DNA of 64,000 bases from positions 2,944,001-3,008,000 of the forward strand of contig CBDFJQ010000002.1 in NCBI GenBank assembly GCA_965248575.1. Reading direction: 5' to 3'. Under the pieces are notes generated by a model that made no database searches, was not told where the DNA came from, and saw nothing but the letters and a program-made list of their open reading frames with translations. Source of the stretch: Planctomycetota bacterium. Its GTDB lineage: Bacteria; Planctomycetota; B15-G4. Each line of letters starts with the position of its first letter. The first letter of the stretch is position 1. A program made the translations under genes and the position numbers. Below are positions 37,916 to 47,848 of this stretch, piece after piece.

Positions 37916-38194
37916 CCAGGCTCCCGTTGATCTCTTCACGCTCGCGGGTCGCAGCGGGGTGATCAAAGACATGCGCCGTGATTGATTCGCCCTTGCACCC
38001 GCTCTGCCGTCCAACCGTGTCGAGCAGGCGCCCCCTCACACTCCCCATCAACTCGGGATGGAATTGCGGCCGCGCAACGTCGTCTGGGAAGATGGCCCGC
38101 TTCAGCGTCTGCTCCACACCGACGTTCCTCCAAGCGTCGGCTGGCTTTCCCCAGTGCAAGTTCTTCGTTCAGCGTCCCCCAGGCACAGTCGTTC

Positions 38195-40042
38195 ATGAAC
38201 GAACTTCACCGTCTCCTGCTCCGGCTCTTGGAGGGGATCGACCTCTCCCAGCTGGATGACGTGGGGTCGCGCTGGGTGCGCCGCTTGCTGTGCACTTCGC
38301 CCACCATGGTTCAGCGGCTCTCGACGCACCCCACATGGCAGGGGCGCTGGGCTAGCCTGAGGGAAGCAACCCGCGTGCTCGGTACGGAACGAGCCTGGGC
38401 CCTCGCGTTGCACATGGGCGCCGACCCCGATGCCGTGGTGCGCCGAGCTGCGGCCGAGACCCTGGCGAGGCTCTGGAAGCTCGACGCCGGCCACCAGGCC
38501 GAGCTCGAACGCTGCCTGGTCTCCACGGCAACGCCCGACGTCTTGCGCGAGACGCTTCTCGATGCCTGCAGCGAGGTCTTCTTTCATCACCCCGAGGCCC
38601 TGGACCAAGCCGTCGCGCTGCTGAGCCTGGCAGGCCGGCAACCTCCGGCGGGAGCCTTGCTCGAGATTGGTTCCCGGCGGCTCGGCTTCGACCTCGAACG
38701 CACCCACCCGGAACGGGCGCAGGCCCTCAGCGCCGAGTGGAAGGCGTCCAACAGCGCCTCGCTGTGCTTTCATGCCAGGTGGACCAAGGGTTGGCACCCC
38801 TTGTCCGTGGAGCAGCTGCGCACCCTGGTCGGCGAGGCACCCGTCCCCCCGGCCGGATGGCGCAGCACGTCCGACGTTCCCCCCGCGCCCGCCTTGGACG
38901 AGGCTCTCGTTTGCCGCGAGCATGTACTCCTGGCCGCGTTGCTCTCCGCCGTGCAGGGGCGCGCCGTGATCCTGAGAGGCGGCACGACCGAGAGTCGCCG
39001 ACGCCTGGCACACGCCGCAGCCAACGCCTTGCCCGCTGGGACGGACGATGTGACAGCGCGGCCCAACCCGCGAGACCCCAGCCACCCCATCGTGGAGCGG
39101 GCCCCGGGGGGCACGGCCAACATCAGCTGCGAGTACACCCACGACCGTCGCCACCGCCAGCGACGCCGCCGTCAGATCGCCTGGTGGACCGCCTGCGCTG
39201 CGAGCACCCTGGCCATCGTCCTGAGCAGTGCGCTGAGCGCCAATGCGGGCCCGATCTCAGCGTCGATCCTCTGGCCCCTCGCTGCGAGCGTGGTGCTGCT
39301 GACCCTGTGCACCTTCCGCCACTCCCTGACCCATGTCCCTCCAGCCCCCGGGCTGCGGGTCCTGGCCTCAGGCTCCGTCCTCCAGCCGGCTCCCTTCGAG
39401 GACGCCAGCCAGCTCAGCGACGAGCAGCTCTTCGGAGGCGTTCGCAAACGCATTCAACCCGCAGCCCCCCACGAGCGGCTGAGCCTGGGAGCGCTGCATC
39501 GAGCGCACGGTGGCGTCCTCTTCATCGACTCACTCGCCGCCCTCACGTCCAGCACTCAGCAGGAGTTGTTGCACGCGTTGAAGCGCGAGCGGACCGCCAT
39601 CCACGGCCGAAACATCTCCTCCAGCGTCGTGCAGAGCCGATCCCTTCCGTGCAAGGTCCTGCTGGTCCTCGGTGAGGGTGTCGACCAAGGCGCATCCAGT
39701 TCCCTCGATCCGGAATTCTCACGCTGGCTCGAGCGCAAGGCCGACGTCATTGATGTCGAGACGCACGTGCCCGATTCGCCCGCCACCCGACACCGAGTGC
39801 TCGCGTTCATGGGGCAACTCGTGCGCAACCGCCCCGGCAGCCTTCGTCTCAGCCGAGAAGCCGTGGCCGCAGTCTGCGAGCAGCTTGCCAGTCGTTGTCC
39901 CCAGCCCTCGCACCTTGAACTGGATCTGCGCCTGGTGCGGTCTCTCGTGGACCGGGGCTGCGAACGAGCCGAAGCCGAACACGCGAGCCTCGTCACGGTG
40001 CAGCACATCAGCGGACGAAGCGGCGAGGCTGTCACAGCCTGA
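38195..40042 (+). CDS. Helical-repeat domain fused to an archaeal-LonB-like membrane AAA+ domain (degenerate, no protease domain)
   Basis: PNPRDP, two TM helices, PFEDA, PHERLSLGALHRAHGGVLFID, QQELLHAL, PCKVLLV, HLELDLR, all in LonB order. Confidence 0.75.
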   Translation: MNELHRLLLRLLEGIDLSQLDDVGSRWVRRLLCTSPTMVQRLSTHPTWQGRWASLREATRVLGTERAWALALHMGADPDAVVRRAAAETLARLWKLDAGHQAELERCLVSTATPDVLRETLLDACSEVFFHHPEALDQAVALLSLAGRQPPAGALLEIGSRRLGFDLERTHPERAQALSAEWKASNSASLCFHARWTKGWHPLSVEQLRTLVGEAPVPPAGWRSTSDVPPAPALDEALVCREHVLLAALLSAVQGRAVILRGGTTESRRRLAHAAANALPAGTDDVTARPNPRDPSHPIVERAPGGTANISCEYTHDRRHRQRRRRQIAWWTACAASTLAIVLSSALSANAGPISASILWPLAASVVLLTLCTFRHSLTHVPPAPGLRVLASGSVLQPAPFEDASQLSDEQLFGGVRKRIQPAAPHERLSLGALHRAHGGVLFIDSLAALTSSTQQELLHALKRERTAIHGRNISSSVVQSRSLPCKVLLVLGEGVDQGASSSLDPEFSRWLERKADVIDVETHVPDSPATRHRVLAFMGQLVRNRPGSLRLSREAVAAVCEQLASRCPQPSHLELDLRLVRSLVDRGCERAEAEHASLVTVQHISGRSGEAVTA

Positions 40043-40106
40043 TCAGTGGCGGGGTTTGGCGCGCCCCTGGCAGCAGCGACAGTCGATGCCGCCCACCAAC
40101 GCAGGA

Positions 40107-41081
40107 TCACCCCAACGCGAGCATCCGCTCCACCGGCTTCAACGCCGCCAACCGGATCTCCTCATCCAACTCGATCTGCGGGTTCATATCCCGCAAAGAG
40201 ACATACAGCTTCTCAAGCGTGTTCAGCCGCATGTAAGGGCACACCGCGCACTCGCAACCTGAATCCGGCGGCGCACCGATCAAGGTGGCGTCGGGACGCA
40301 AGCGCCGCATCTGGTGCATGACGCCCATCTCGGTCGCGACGATGAACGTCTTCTTGGGACTGTTCTCGACGTACTTGATCAGGCCCGTGGTGGAACCGAT
40401 GTAGTCGGCGAGCACGAGCACCGAGTCTTCGCACTCCGGGTGCGCGATGAGCTCGGCATCCGGCGTGGCGGCCTTCAGGGCGATGAGCTTGCGCGCCGCG
40501 AACTGCTCGTGAACCACGCAGAAGCCCGGCCACTTCACCAGCTCGCGGCCGGTGCTCTTCTCGACCCAGCGGGCGAGGTGCCGGTCGGGCGCGAAGACCA
40601 CCTTCTTGTCGGCGGGGATGGACTCCACCACGCGCACGGCGTTGCTCGAGGTGCAGATGATGTCGCTCTGCGCCTTGATGGCGGCGGTCGTGTTGACGTA
40701 GCTGACCACCACATGGTCGGGGTAGTTCTTGAGCCACTCCCTGAAGTCATCCGGCTGGCAACGGTCCGCCAGGCTGCAACCGGCATCGATGTCCGGCAGC
40801 AAGACCGTCTTCTCGGGGTTCAGGATCTTTGCCGTCTCGGCCATGAAGTGCACGCCGCAGAAGGCGATGACGTCCGCATCCGTTTCGGCGGCGCGCTGGG
40901 AGAGGCCCAGGCTGTCGCCCACATAGTCGGCGATGTCCTGGATCTCCTCGTCCTGGTAGTAGTGCGCCAGGATGATGGCGTTGCGCTCCTGCTTGAGCTT
41001 CGCGATCTCGGCCTCGAGGTCGAGCGTAGGGTCCACCTCGGGGCGGTCTTCCACAGCGGTGAAGTTGATCGGGCTGGACAT
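40107..41081 (-). CDS. nadA: Quinolinate synthase
   Basis: [42 protein letters not shown]. Confidence 0.97.
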   Translation of the reverse strand: MSSPINFTAVEDRPEVDPTLDLEAEIAKLKQERNAIILAHYYQDEEIQDIADYVGDSLGLSQRAAETDADVIAFCGVHFMAETAKILNPEKTVLLPDIDAGCSLADRCQPDDFREWLKNYPDHVVVSYVNTTAAIKAQSDIICTSSNAVRVVESIPADKKVVFAPDRHLARWVEKSTGRELVKWPGFCVVHEQFAARKLIALKAATPDAELIAHPECEDSVLVLADYIGSTTGLIKYVENSPKKTFIVATEMGVMHQMRRLRPDATLIGAPPDSGCECAVCPYMRLNTLEKLYVSLRDMNPQIELDEEIRLAALKPVERMLALG

Positions 41082-41096
41082 GGAGTCGCGGGGTCC

Positions 41097-41129
41097 AAAA
41101 AGAAGGAGCCTTCGGCCGAACCGAAGGCT
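41097..41129 (-). terminator. Intrinsic terminator-like hairpin within the nadA leader
   Basis: Minus strand AGCCTTCGG-TTCGG-CCGAAGGCT followed by CCTTCTTTTT, about 15 nt before the nadA ATG. Confidence 0.6.
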
Positions 41130-41151
41130 TCGGATGAAGAGCGTGGGATCA

Positions 41152-41217
41152 GGGGGCCCATCAGTGGGCAAAGGGTACCGAGACCACCCGCATCGACAGG
41201 CGGCCCCCCGTACTATA
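41152..41217 (-). promoter_or_regulatory. nadA -10 box (TATAGT) and structured leader
   Basis: TATAGT at 41217-41212, followed by a GGGGGCC...GGCCCCC closing stem. Confidence 0.45.
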
Positions 41218-41328
41218 CCCCCGGGCTTTGTCCTGTCTTGTCGTGGTGTACGCTGCGGCTTCGACCCTGCCGGATCGGGCGGCACGGTCGACCCGCCGCC
41301 GCTCCCAGCCACCCAGCCCTGAACCGCT

Positions 41329-43599
41329 GTGCCTCGTCTCTACCCAACCCTGCTCGCGGCGCTGGCCCTCCTCGGGGGCCTCACACCTGCCTGCTCCGAG
41401 TCCGCCGACGGCACGGCGGCCATGGCGAAGCGCCTGCTGGAGACGGCCGCCAGCACGGACCCCATGGACAATCTCTACCGGAACAGCGAGCAGGTCCGCT
41501 TGCTGAAGGCGCGCCTCGATGCGGCCCCGGGCGGCCAGGCCGCCGGCCAGCTCAAGGTGCGCTACGCGGAGCAGCTGCTGCTCGCGGGCCGGACAGAGGA
41601 CGCCATCGCCGCCTTCGAAGAGATGGCCGAGCGCTTCTCGAGCATGGGCCAGCAGGTCCCGCGGGCCCTCACCAGCGAACTGGATCGCATGCTGATCATG
41701 GCGTACCTGCGCCTCGCGGAAGAGCAGAACTGCCTCGACCACCACAACGCCGAGTCCTGCTTGCTGCCCCTGGCCGGGGGCGGCGTGCACGCTGAACCCA
41801 AGGGCGGGCGAGCTGCCTATCAGAAGCTCACGGCACGCCTGAGCCAGGATGCGGACGACTGGGAAGCACGTTGGTTGATCAACCTGGCCGCCATGACCTT
41901 GGGTAGCTGGCCGGACGGCGTGCCCGAAGCCTGGCGACTGCCCAGCGAAGCCTTCGCCAGCGACCACGACCCCGGACGCTTCCCCGATGTGGCGGCCGCC
42001 GCGGGCGTCGCGGTCCACGGCCAAGCTGGCGGCGTCGTGATGGAGGACCTGGACGGAGACGGGCTGCTCGACCTGCTCGTCTCCTCCTGGGGCCTCACCG
42101 ACCCCTTGCACCTGCTGCGCAATCGAGGCGACGGACGCTTCGAGGACATCAGCAAGGAGGCGGGTCTGGAGGGGCTCACTGGCGGCCTCAACTTGCTCCA
42201 CGCGGACTATGACAACGATGGCGACAACGACGTGCTCGTGTTGCGCGGCGCCTGGTTCGAGAAGGACGGCCAGCACCCCAACTCCCTGCTGCGCAACACC
42301 GGCGACGGGCACTTTGAAGACGTGACCGAGGCGGCAGGGCTGCTCAGCTTCCACCCGACGCAGACCGCGGCCTGGGGCGACTACGACAACGACGGCTGGC
42401 TCGACCTCTTCATCGGCAATGAAACGGGCCCCGTGCAAACGCACCGCAGCGAGCTGTATCGCAATCTCGGCGACGGCCGCTTCGAAGAAGTGTCCGCCGC
42501 ATGCGGCCTCGACATCGAGGTCTACGCCAAGGGCACGGCCTGGGGCGATCTGGACGACGATGGGGACATCGACCTGTTCATTTCCCGCATCGATGGCCCC
42601 AACCTGCTCTACCGCAACGATGGCGCCACGGGCCCCGGCGGCAACTGGCGCTTCCGGGAGATCGGCGAGCAAGCCGGTGTCACCAAGCCCTTCCGCAGCT
42701 TCCCCACATGGCTCTTCGACTACGACAACGACGGGCGGCTCGACCTCTTCGTGAGTGGCTATCGATACAAGTCGGCCGGCTTCGTGGCACAGGGCTACTT
42801 GTCCCGGGCCCAGGAGCGTGCCCCGGGCAGCGTGGCTCCCGATGCCGCCCCACCCAGCGGCAAGGGCGGCAAGCGCAAGAAGGACGTGAAGGGCGTGAAG
42901 GCCAAGCTGTTCCGCAACCTCGGCGGCATGCGCTTCGAAGACGTGAGCGCCCAGGCGAAGCTCGACGAGATCCTGCTCACCATGGGCAGCAACTTCGGCG
43001 ACATCGACAACGATGGCTGGCTCGACCTCTACTGCGCGACGGGCGAACCGGACTACGCCGCGCTCTACCCCAACCGCATGTTCCGCAATGCCGGGGGCCA
43101 GCAGTTCCAGGACGTCACCACCGCCGGCGGATTCGGGCACGCGCAGAAGGGGCACGGCGTGGCTTTCGGCGACCTCGACAACGACGGCGACCAGGACATC
43201 TACGCCGTCATGGGTGGCGCCTACGAAGGGGACGCCTACCCCAACGCGCTCTTCTTGAACCCAGGGCACGGCCAACACTGGCTCAACCTCAAGCTGCAAG
43301 GGGTGCGGTCCAATCGCAGCGCCGTGGGTGCCCGCATCGAGGTGCGGGTCCGGGGCCCCTCGGGCCCTCGCAGCCTCTTCGTGCAGGTGGGAACGGGCGG
43401 CAGCTTCGGTTCCTCCAGCCTCGCACAGGAGATCGGGTTGGGTGACGCCAAAGAGGTGCTGGAGGTCCTCGTGCGCTGGCCCAGCTCCCTGGCCGTCCAG
43501 CGATTTGGACAGATCCCCATGGACGCTGCCCTGCTGCTGGTCGAGGGCGAGACCGAGGCGATCCACCGCGAACGGCCCCAGGTCCCCCTCGGCCCCTGA
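41329..43599 (+). CDS. CRTAC1-family lipoprotein (FG-GAP repeats plus ASPIC/UnbV domain)
   Basis: Lipobox TPAC; many DxDxDGxxD repeats; C-terminal NRSAVGARI...GGSFGS. Confidence 0.92.
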   Translation: MPRLYPTLLAALALLGGLTPACSESADGTAAMAKRLLETAASTDPMDNLYRNSEQVRLLKARLDAAPGGQAAGQLKVRYAEQLLLAGRTEDAIAAFEEMAERFSSMGQQVPRALTSELDRMLIMAYLRLAEEQNCLDHHNAESCLLPLAGGGVHAEPKGGRAAYQKLTARLSQDADDWEARWLINLAAMTLGSWPDGVPEAWRLPSEAFASDHDPGRFPDVAAAAGVAVHGQAGGVVMEDLDGDGLLDLLVSSWGLTDPLHLLRNRGDGRFEDISKEAGLEGLTGGLNLLHADYDNDGDNDVLVLRGAWFEKDGQHPNSLLRNTGDGHFEDVTEAAGLLSFHPTQTAAWGDYDNDGWLDLFIGNETGPVQTHRSELYRNLGDGRFEEVSAACGLDIEVYAKGTAWGDLDDDGDIDLFISRIDGPNLLYRNDGATGPGGNWRFREIGEQAGVTKPFRSFPTWLFDYDNDGRLDLFVSGYRYKSAGFVAQGYLSRAQERAPGSVAPDAAPPSGKGGKRKKDVKGVKAKLFRNLGGMRFEDVSAQAKLDEILLTMGSNFGDIDNDGWLDLYCATGEPDYAALYPNRMFRNAGGQQFQDVTTAGGFGHAQKGHGVAFGDLDNDGDQDIYAVMGGAYEGDAYPNALFLNPGHGQHWLNLKLQGVRSNRSAVGARIEVRVRGPSGPRSLFVQVGTGGSFGSSSLAQEIGLGDAKEVLEVLVRWPSSLAVQRFGQIPMDAALLLVEGETEAIHRERPQVPLGP

Positions 43600-43843
43600 A
43601 CTCCCTCGTCCGCTACCCCTCCCACCGATCCAGCCCCGCCCCGGCCCGCCCAAGCCGCCCGGCCCGACGGACCCATCAGTCCAAGGCGATCTTCAGCAGT
43701 GAATGGGGCCTGGCTGCGACTCGGGCTGTCGTTGCCCCTGCCGTCATCCGATGGTCTCCTTAGTGGCCAGCGGTCGGGACCGCCGAAATCGATCCCAACC
43801 CCTGCCCTGCTTCCGACCCTCCCCTGAGCCCCAGGAGTTCTGC

Positions 43844-44836
43844 GTGTCTTCGTCTGGCCGCCCCGTCCTGCTCCCGCCCCATGAGCGCCCCCGCCTGATG
43901 GTGCTCATCGATGTGGAGGAGGAGTTCGATTGGGAGGCCCCCTTCGAGCGCCAGAACACCGGTGCCCAGGCGGTGACCGAGCTGGGACTCGGCTTGGACA
44001 CGCTGTCGGAGCTGGGCGTGGTTCCTGTCGGCGTCATGAGCTACCCCGTCGTGGCGAACGAGACCTCGGCCAGCATCCTGCGTGAGTTCGTGACGTCGGG
44101 GCGCCTGCAGCCGGGCGCTCATCTTCACCCCTGGGTCTGCCCGCCCTTCGAAGAGGTGGTCTCCGGGCCGCTCTCCTTCCCCGGAAATCTCCCGCCCGAA
44201 CTCGAGGAGCGGAAGCTGCGGGAACTCGGCGCCGCCATCGAGGCAGCGGTGGGCGTGGCCCCGCGGGTCTACCAGGCCGGGCGCTATGGCATCGGGCGCA
44301 ACAGCTATGCGCTGCTGGAGAAGGCCGGCTACCTGGTCGACATGAGTTGCAGCCCGCCCTTCGACTATCGCTCGGAGGGTGGTCCCGACTTCTCCGCCGC
44401 TCGCTGTGGCCCGAGCTGGGTGCGCCGCGAGCTGTTGGAGATCCCGGTGACCGGGGCCTTTGTCGGTTTCCTCGGCGAGGGAAGCGCCACGGCCTTCCGC
44501 CTGGCGACCCGCCCCCTGCTCTCAGCCCTGCGCCTACCCGGCGTCCTGGCTCGCCTGCGTGCGGCCGAGCGCCTGCGCCTCTCCCCCGAAGGCCATGGCC
44601 TCGCCGACATGCAGCGACTGACCCGCGCCCTGCTCGCGCGCGGCGAACGCGTCTTCACGCTGAGCTTTCACTCACCCTCGCTCGCCCCCGGCTACACGAG
44701 TTACGTGCGCACCCCCGCCCAACGTGATGAGTTCGTAGCGCGCTTGCGTGCTTACATCGAGTGGTTCCAAGCTGAACTCGACGGGCGCGCCACGACTCCT
44801 CTCGAGCTCCACGCCCAGCTGACGGAAGACCCGTGA
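43844..44836 (+). CDS. Polysaccharide deacetylase (WalW-like)
   Basis: IDVEEEFDW, GAHLHPW, YQAGRYG, LSFHSPS; AGGAG RBS. Confidence 0.85.
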   Translation: MSSSGRPVLLPPHERPRLMVLIDVEEEFDWEAPFERQNTGAQAVTELGLGLDTLSELGVVPVGVMSYPVVANETSASILREFVTSGRLQPGAHLHPWVCPPFEEVVSGPLSFPGNLPPELEERKLRELGAAIEAAVGVAPRVYQAGRYGIGRNSYALLEKAGYLVDMSCSPPFDYRSEGGPDFSAARCGPSWVRRELLEIPVTGAFVGFLGEGSATAFRLATRPLLSALRLPGVLARLRAAERLRLSPEGHGLADMQRLTRALLARGERVFTLSFHSPSLAPGYTSYVRTPAQRDEFVARLRAYIEWFQAELDGRATTPLELHAQLTEDP

Positions 44837-46668
44837 ACATCCTCGGCATCTCTCCCCTCGACAAGGACGCCACGGTCTGCCTGGTGCAAGACGGCCGCGT
44901 GCTCTTCGCGGCTGCGGAAGAACGCTTCAGCCGCGTCAAGCAACACGCTGGCTTCCCCGAGCGGGCACTGGCCGCCGCCCTGCAGGCCACGGGTCTCGCC
45001 GCCAGCGACATCGATGCGGTGGCCTACCCCTTCCTGGATGCGGCTTCGGAAGCCCGACTCATGGAGGACGCCCTCGCCGCCGAGAGCGAGGAGCTTCGGC
45101 AGCGACCTACCCGCAATCCCTCAGCGGCGCTGGCGGCGGCGGCCCTGCGGATCCCCGTGCGGCGCAGCCCCATCCACGGCTTGAGCAGCCCGGACCAGCG
45201 CATGGAGAAGGGTGCCCTCAAGCGCCTTGCCTACCAGGCCCTCGGTGCCACGCCAAGGTTCTCCATGCGCGCGGCCCGGCGAGCCTCCCAGCGCTGGCTG
45301 AGCCAAGCGCGGGAAGACCACCGCGCGTGGCAGACAGAACTCGAGCAGGGTCTCGAGCGGCTGGGCATCCAGGCACCCTTGAAGCGCAGCGAACACCACA
45401 TCAGTCATGCGGCCAACGCCTACCTCGCCAGTGGCTTCGACCGGGCCCTGGTCGTCACCCTGGATGGCTACGGCAGCGGTCTGGCAGGCTCCGTCAGCTT
45501 GGGGGAGGGCGGCCAGCTGAAACGACTGCACGGCCTGCGCTTCCCGTATTCTCTGGGCAGCTTCTACGAGATGGTTACGAGCTCGCTGGGGTATCACCCG
45601 GATCGACACGCGGGCAAGATCGTCGGCCTCGCCGCCTATGGCGATCCGCAGTTGCTGTCCGAGGTCTTGCTGGAGCGCTTCGATCTCTCCGACGGCGACC
45701 TCAAGCTGCAGGAGTCACTCAACGTCTACTTCTCGCGCCACCTGGCGGCGCGCTTCCCCATGGTGGACGTGGCGGCCGCCTGGCAACACGTGCTCGAAGT
45801 CGCCGCTCGTTCCGTGGTCTCCCACTGGATGAAGGAGACCGGCGCGGACGCCCTCGTGCTCTCGGGCGGCGTCGCCGCCAACGTGAAGATGAACCAACGA
45901 CTGCACGAGCTCGACTCGGTGCAACGCATCTTCATCTACCCCAACATGGGGGACGGCGGTTGCGGCACCGGCCTGGCCATGCACCTGTCCTGGCCCGGCG
46001 GCTCGCCTGAGACCTTCCCCACGGCCTACCTCGGCCCCGAGTTCACAGCGGCCCAGATGCGCAGCGCCCTTGATGAGGCCCAGCTGGCCTACTCAGAACC
46101 GGCAGAGCTGGCAGCAGAAGTGGCGCAGCGGGTGCACGGCGGCCAGGTCGTGGCGCGCTTCGACGGACGCATGGAGTACGGCCCGCGCTCCCTGGGCAAC
46201 CGATCCATCCTCTACCACGCCCGCGAAGCCTCCGTGAACCAGTGGCTCAACCGCCGCCTGGGTCGCACGGAGTTCATGCCCTTTGCCCCAGTCACGCTCT
46301 GGGAAAAGCGCGGCCAGTGCTACGAAGGACTGGCCGGCGCTGAACACACTGCAGAGTTCATGACCATCACCTTCGATTGCACGGAGTGGATGAAGACGAA
46401 CTGCCCCGCGGCCGTACACGTGGACGGAACCGCTCGCCCACAGTTACTCAAGCGCGAGATGAACCCGGGCTACTACGACATCCTGGCCGAGTACGAGAAG
46501 CTCTCGGGCAACCCCTGCCTGATCAACACCAGCTTCAACATGCACGAAGAACCCATCGTGTGCTCTCCGCAGGATGCCATCCGCGCCTTCCTGCTTGGTC
46601 GCGTGGACGCCCTCGTCCTGGGACCCTTCCTGGTGGAACACCCCGAGCGAGACGGGCGCGACAGCTAG
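44833..46668 (+). CDS. Carbamoyltransferase (NodU/CmcH family)
   Basis: AEERFSRVK, HHISHA, TLDGYG, GGVAANVK, EYGPRSLGNRS, NTSFNMH; GTGA overlap. Confidence 0.95.
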   Translation: MNILGISPLDKDATVCLVQDGRVLFAAAEERFSRVKQHAGFPERALAAALQATGLAASDIDAVAYPFLDAASEARLMEDALAAESEELRQRPTRNPSAALAAAALRIPVRRSPIHGLSSPDQRMEKGALKRLAYQALGATPRFSMRAARRASQRWLSQAREDHRAWQTELEQGLERLGIQAPLKRSEHHISHAANAYLASGFDRALVVTLDGYGSGLAGSVSLGEGGQLKRLHGLRFPYSLGSFYEMVTSSLGYHPDRHAGKIVGLAAYGDPQLLSEVLLERFDLSDGDLKLQESLNVYFSRHLAARFPMVDVAAAWQHVLEVAARSVVSHWMKETGADALVLSGGVAANVKMNQRLHELDSVQRIFIYPNMGDGGCGTGLAMHLSWPGGSPETFPTAYLGPEFTAAQMRSALDEAQLAYSEPAELAAEVAQRVHGGQVVARFDGRMEYGPRSLGNRSILYHAREASVNQWLNRRLGRTEFMPFAPVTLWEKRGQCYEGLAGAEHTAEFMTITFDCTEWMKTNCPAAVHVDGTARPQLLKREMNPGYYDILAEYEKLSGNPCLINTSFNMHEEPIVCSPQDAIRAFLLGRVDALVLGPFLVEHPERDGRDS

Positions 46669-46746
46669 CCCCTCGTGCATTGCCAGGTACGCCGCCTCGC
46701 GCATGGCTTGCGTGCGCTCGGGATCGGAGAAGCACCCGTTTGCCCG

Positions 46747-47715
46747 TCAGTCCGCGGGGCCGTTGGCCGCAGGGCGATCCGCCGGTGGCGCAGGCCTTCG
46801 CGGGAGCACGAAACCGTGGGCGCCCGCCAAGAGCCGCACCATCTGCTTGTCGAAGTGACCCCGCTGCACATAGGTGCGCACGTAATCCAGGAAATCCAGC
46901 GGAAGGATCAGCCCGTAGTACAGGAGCCAGAGGCCACGCAAGGAAAGTTCGCCCTGGCCCAACCAAGGCAGCGGTTCCAGAACGAGGTCGCCCACGCTGG
47001 CCAGCACGAGCAGCAGCAGACCGACGTCGAAGTTCGTCGCCAGGGAGCGCAGGGTGACGCGGTCGAAGCGCAGGCGAAAGACCGCAGGGGCCGCCTGGCC
47101 TTCCGGCTCTTCATCGATGGGTTCAGGCTCGCGCTCGGGTTCGACCTCCGGCTCCGCCTGCGTCTTGCGGCTGGCCTCGGGCACGTACTGCGCGTATGGC
47201 CTGTCGCCCGAGAAGCGGCGCCCGAACACCGAGCCCACGAAGACGATGCTGGGCAGCCCGAAGAACAACTTCAGCCACAGGGTCGAGACAGCGGCCGTCA
47301 CCCCAGCCACCAGCAGGATCACATGGCCGAATTCGAGCCAGGCCGCAAAGCCGATGCTCACGAAGCAGACGGGCTTCACGATGAAGTGGAAGATGTACTC
47401 GTAGTAGCCCCAACGCGCGTGTTCGATGCGCAGCCAGCGGGCCACTTCACCATCCACGCAATCGAGGATGTAGTAGAGCAGCAACAGCAGGGCTCCCACC
47501 AAGGCCACGCCCTGGGAAGCGAACTGCATGCTGGAGCCCACGACACCCGTCACGAGCATGCCCACCGTCGCCACGCTAGGGCTCCAGCCCCTGTCGATCA
47601 GCAGTTTGGTGAACGGCAGCGAGGCCTTGTCGCCGAAGAGCAGGCCGGCGACATCGTTGCCATCGGCCACCGGCCGTTGGCACACCCGCCGAAGCTCCTC
47701 GAAGCGAACTCCCAT
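46747..47715 (-). CDS. CDP-alcohol phosphatidyltransferase family protein
   Basis: LDCVDGEVAR...G..YE motif; TM helices. Confidence 0.85.
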   Translation of the reverse strand: MGVRFEELRRVCQRPVADGNDVAGLLFGDKASLPFTKLLIDRGWSPSVATVGMLVTGVVGSSMQFASQGVALVGALLLLLYYILDCVDGEVARWLRIEHARWGYYEYIFHFIVKPVCFVSIGFAAWLEFGHVILLVAGVTAAVSTLWLKLFFGLPSIVFVGSVFGRRFSGDRPYAQYVPEASRKTQAEPEVEPEREPEPIDEEPEGQAAPAVFRLRFDRVTLRSLATNFDVGLLLLVLASVGDLVLEPLPWLGQGELSLRGLWLLYYGLILPLDFLDYVRTYVQRGHFDKQMVRLLAGAHGFVLPRRPAPPADRPAANGPAD

Positions 47716-47848
47716 CGATCTCGACCCTTTCTAGGTAGAGGACGTATCCCGGAGCCTCATTGCAGTTCCGGTCAGCCCGTTGGGCTTGCGGATCACAATA
47801 TCCAACGACAAAGCCCGGGGCGACTTCTCCCCTCGGCAGTTCAGCCCC

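Noticed and set aside
41161..43653. 830-aa minus strand ORF
   Set aside because: Antisense shadow of the CRTAC1-family gene
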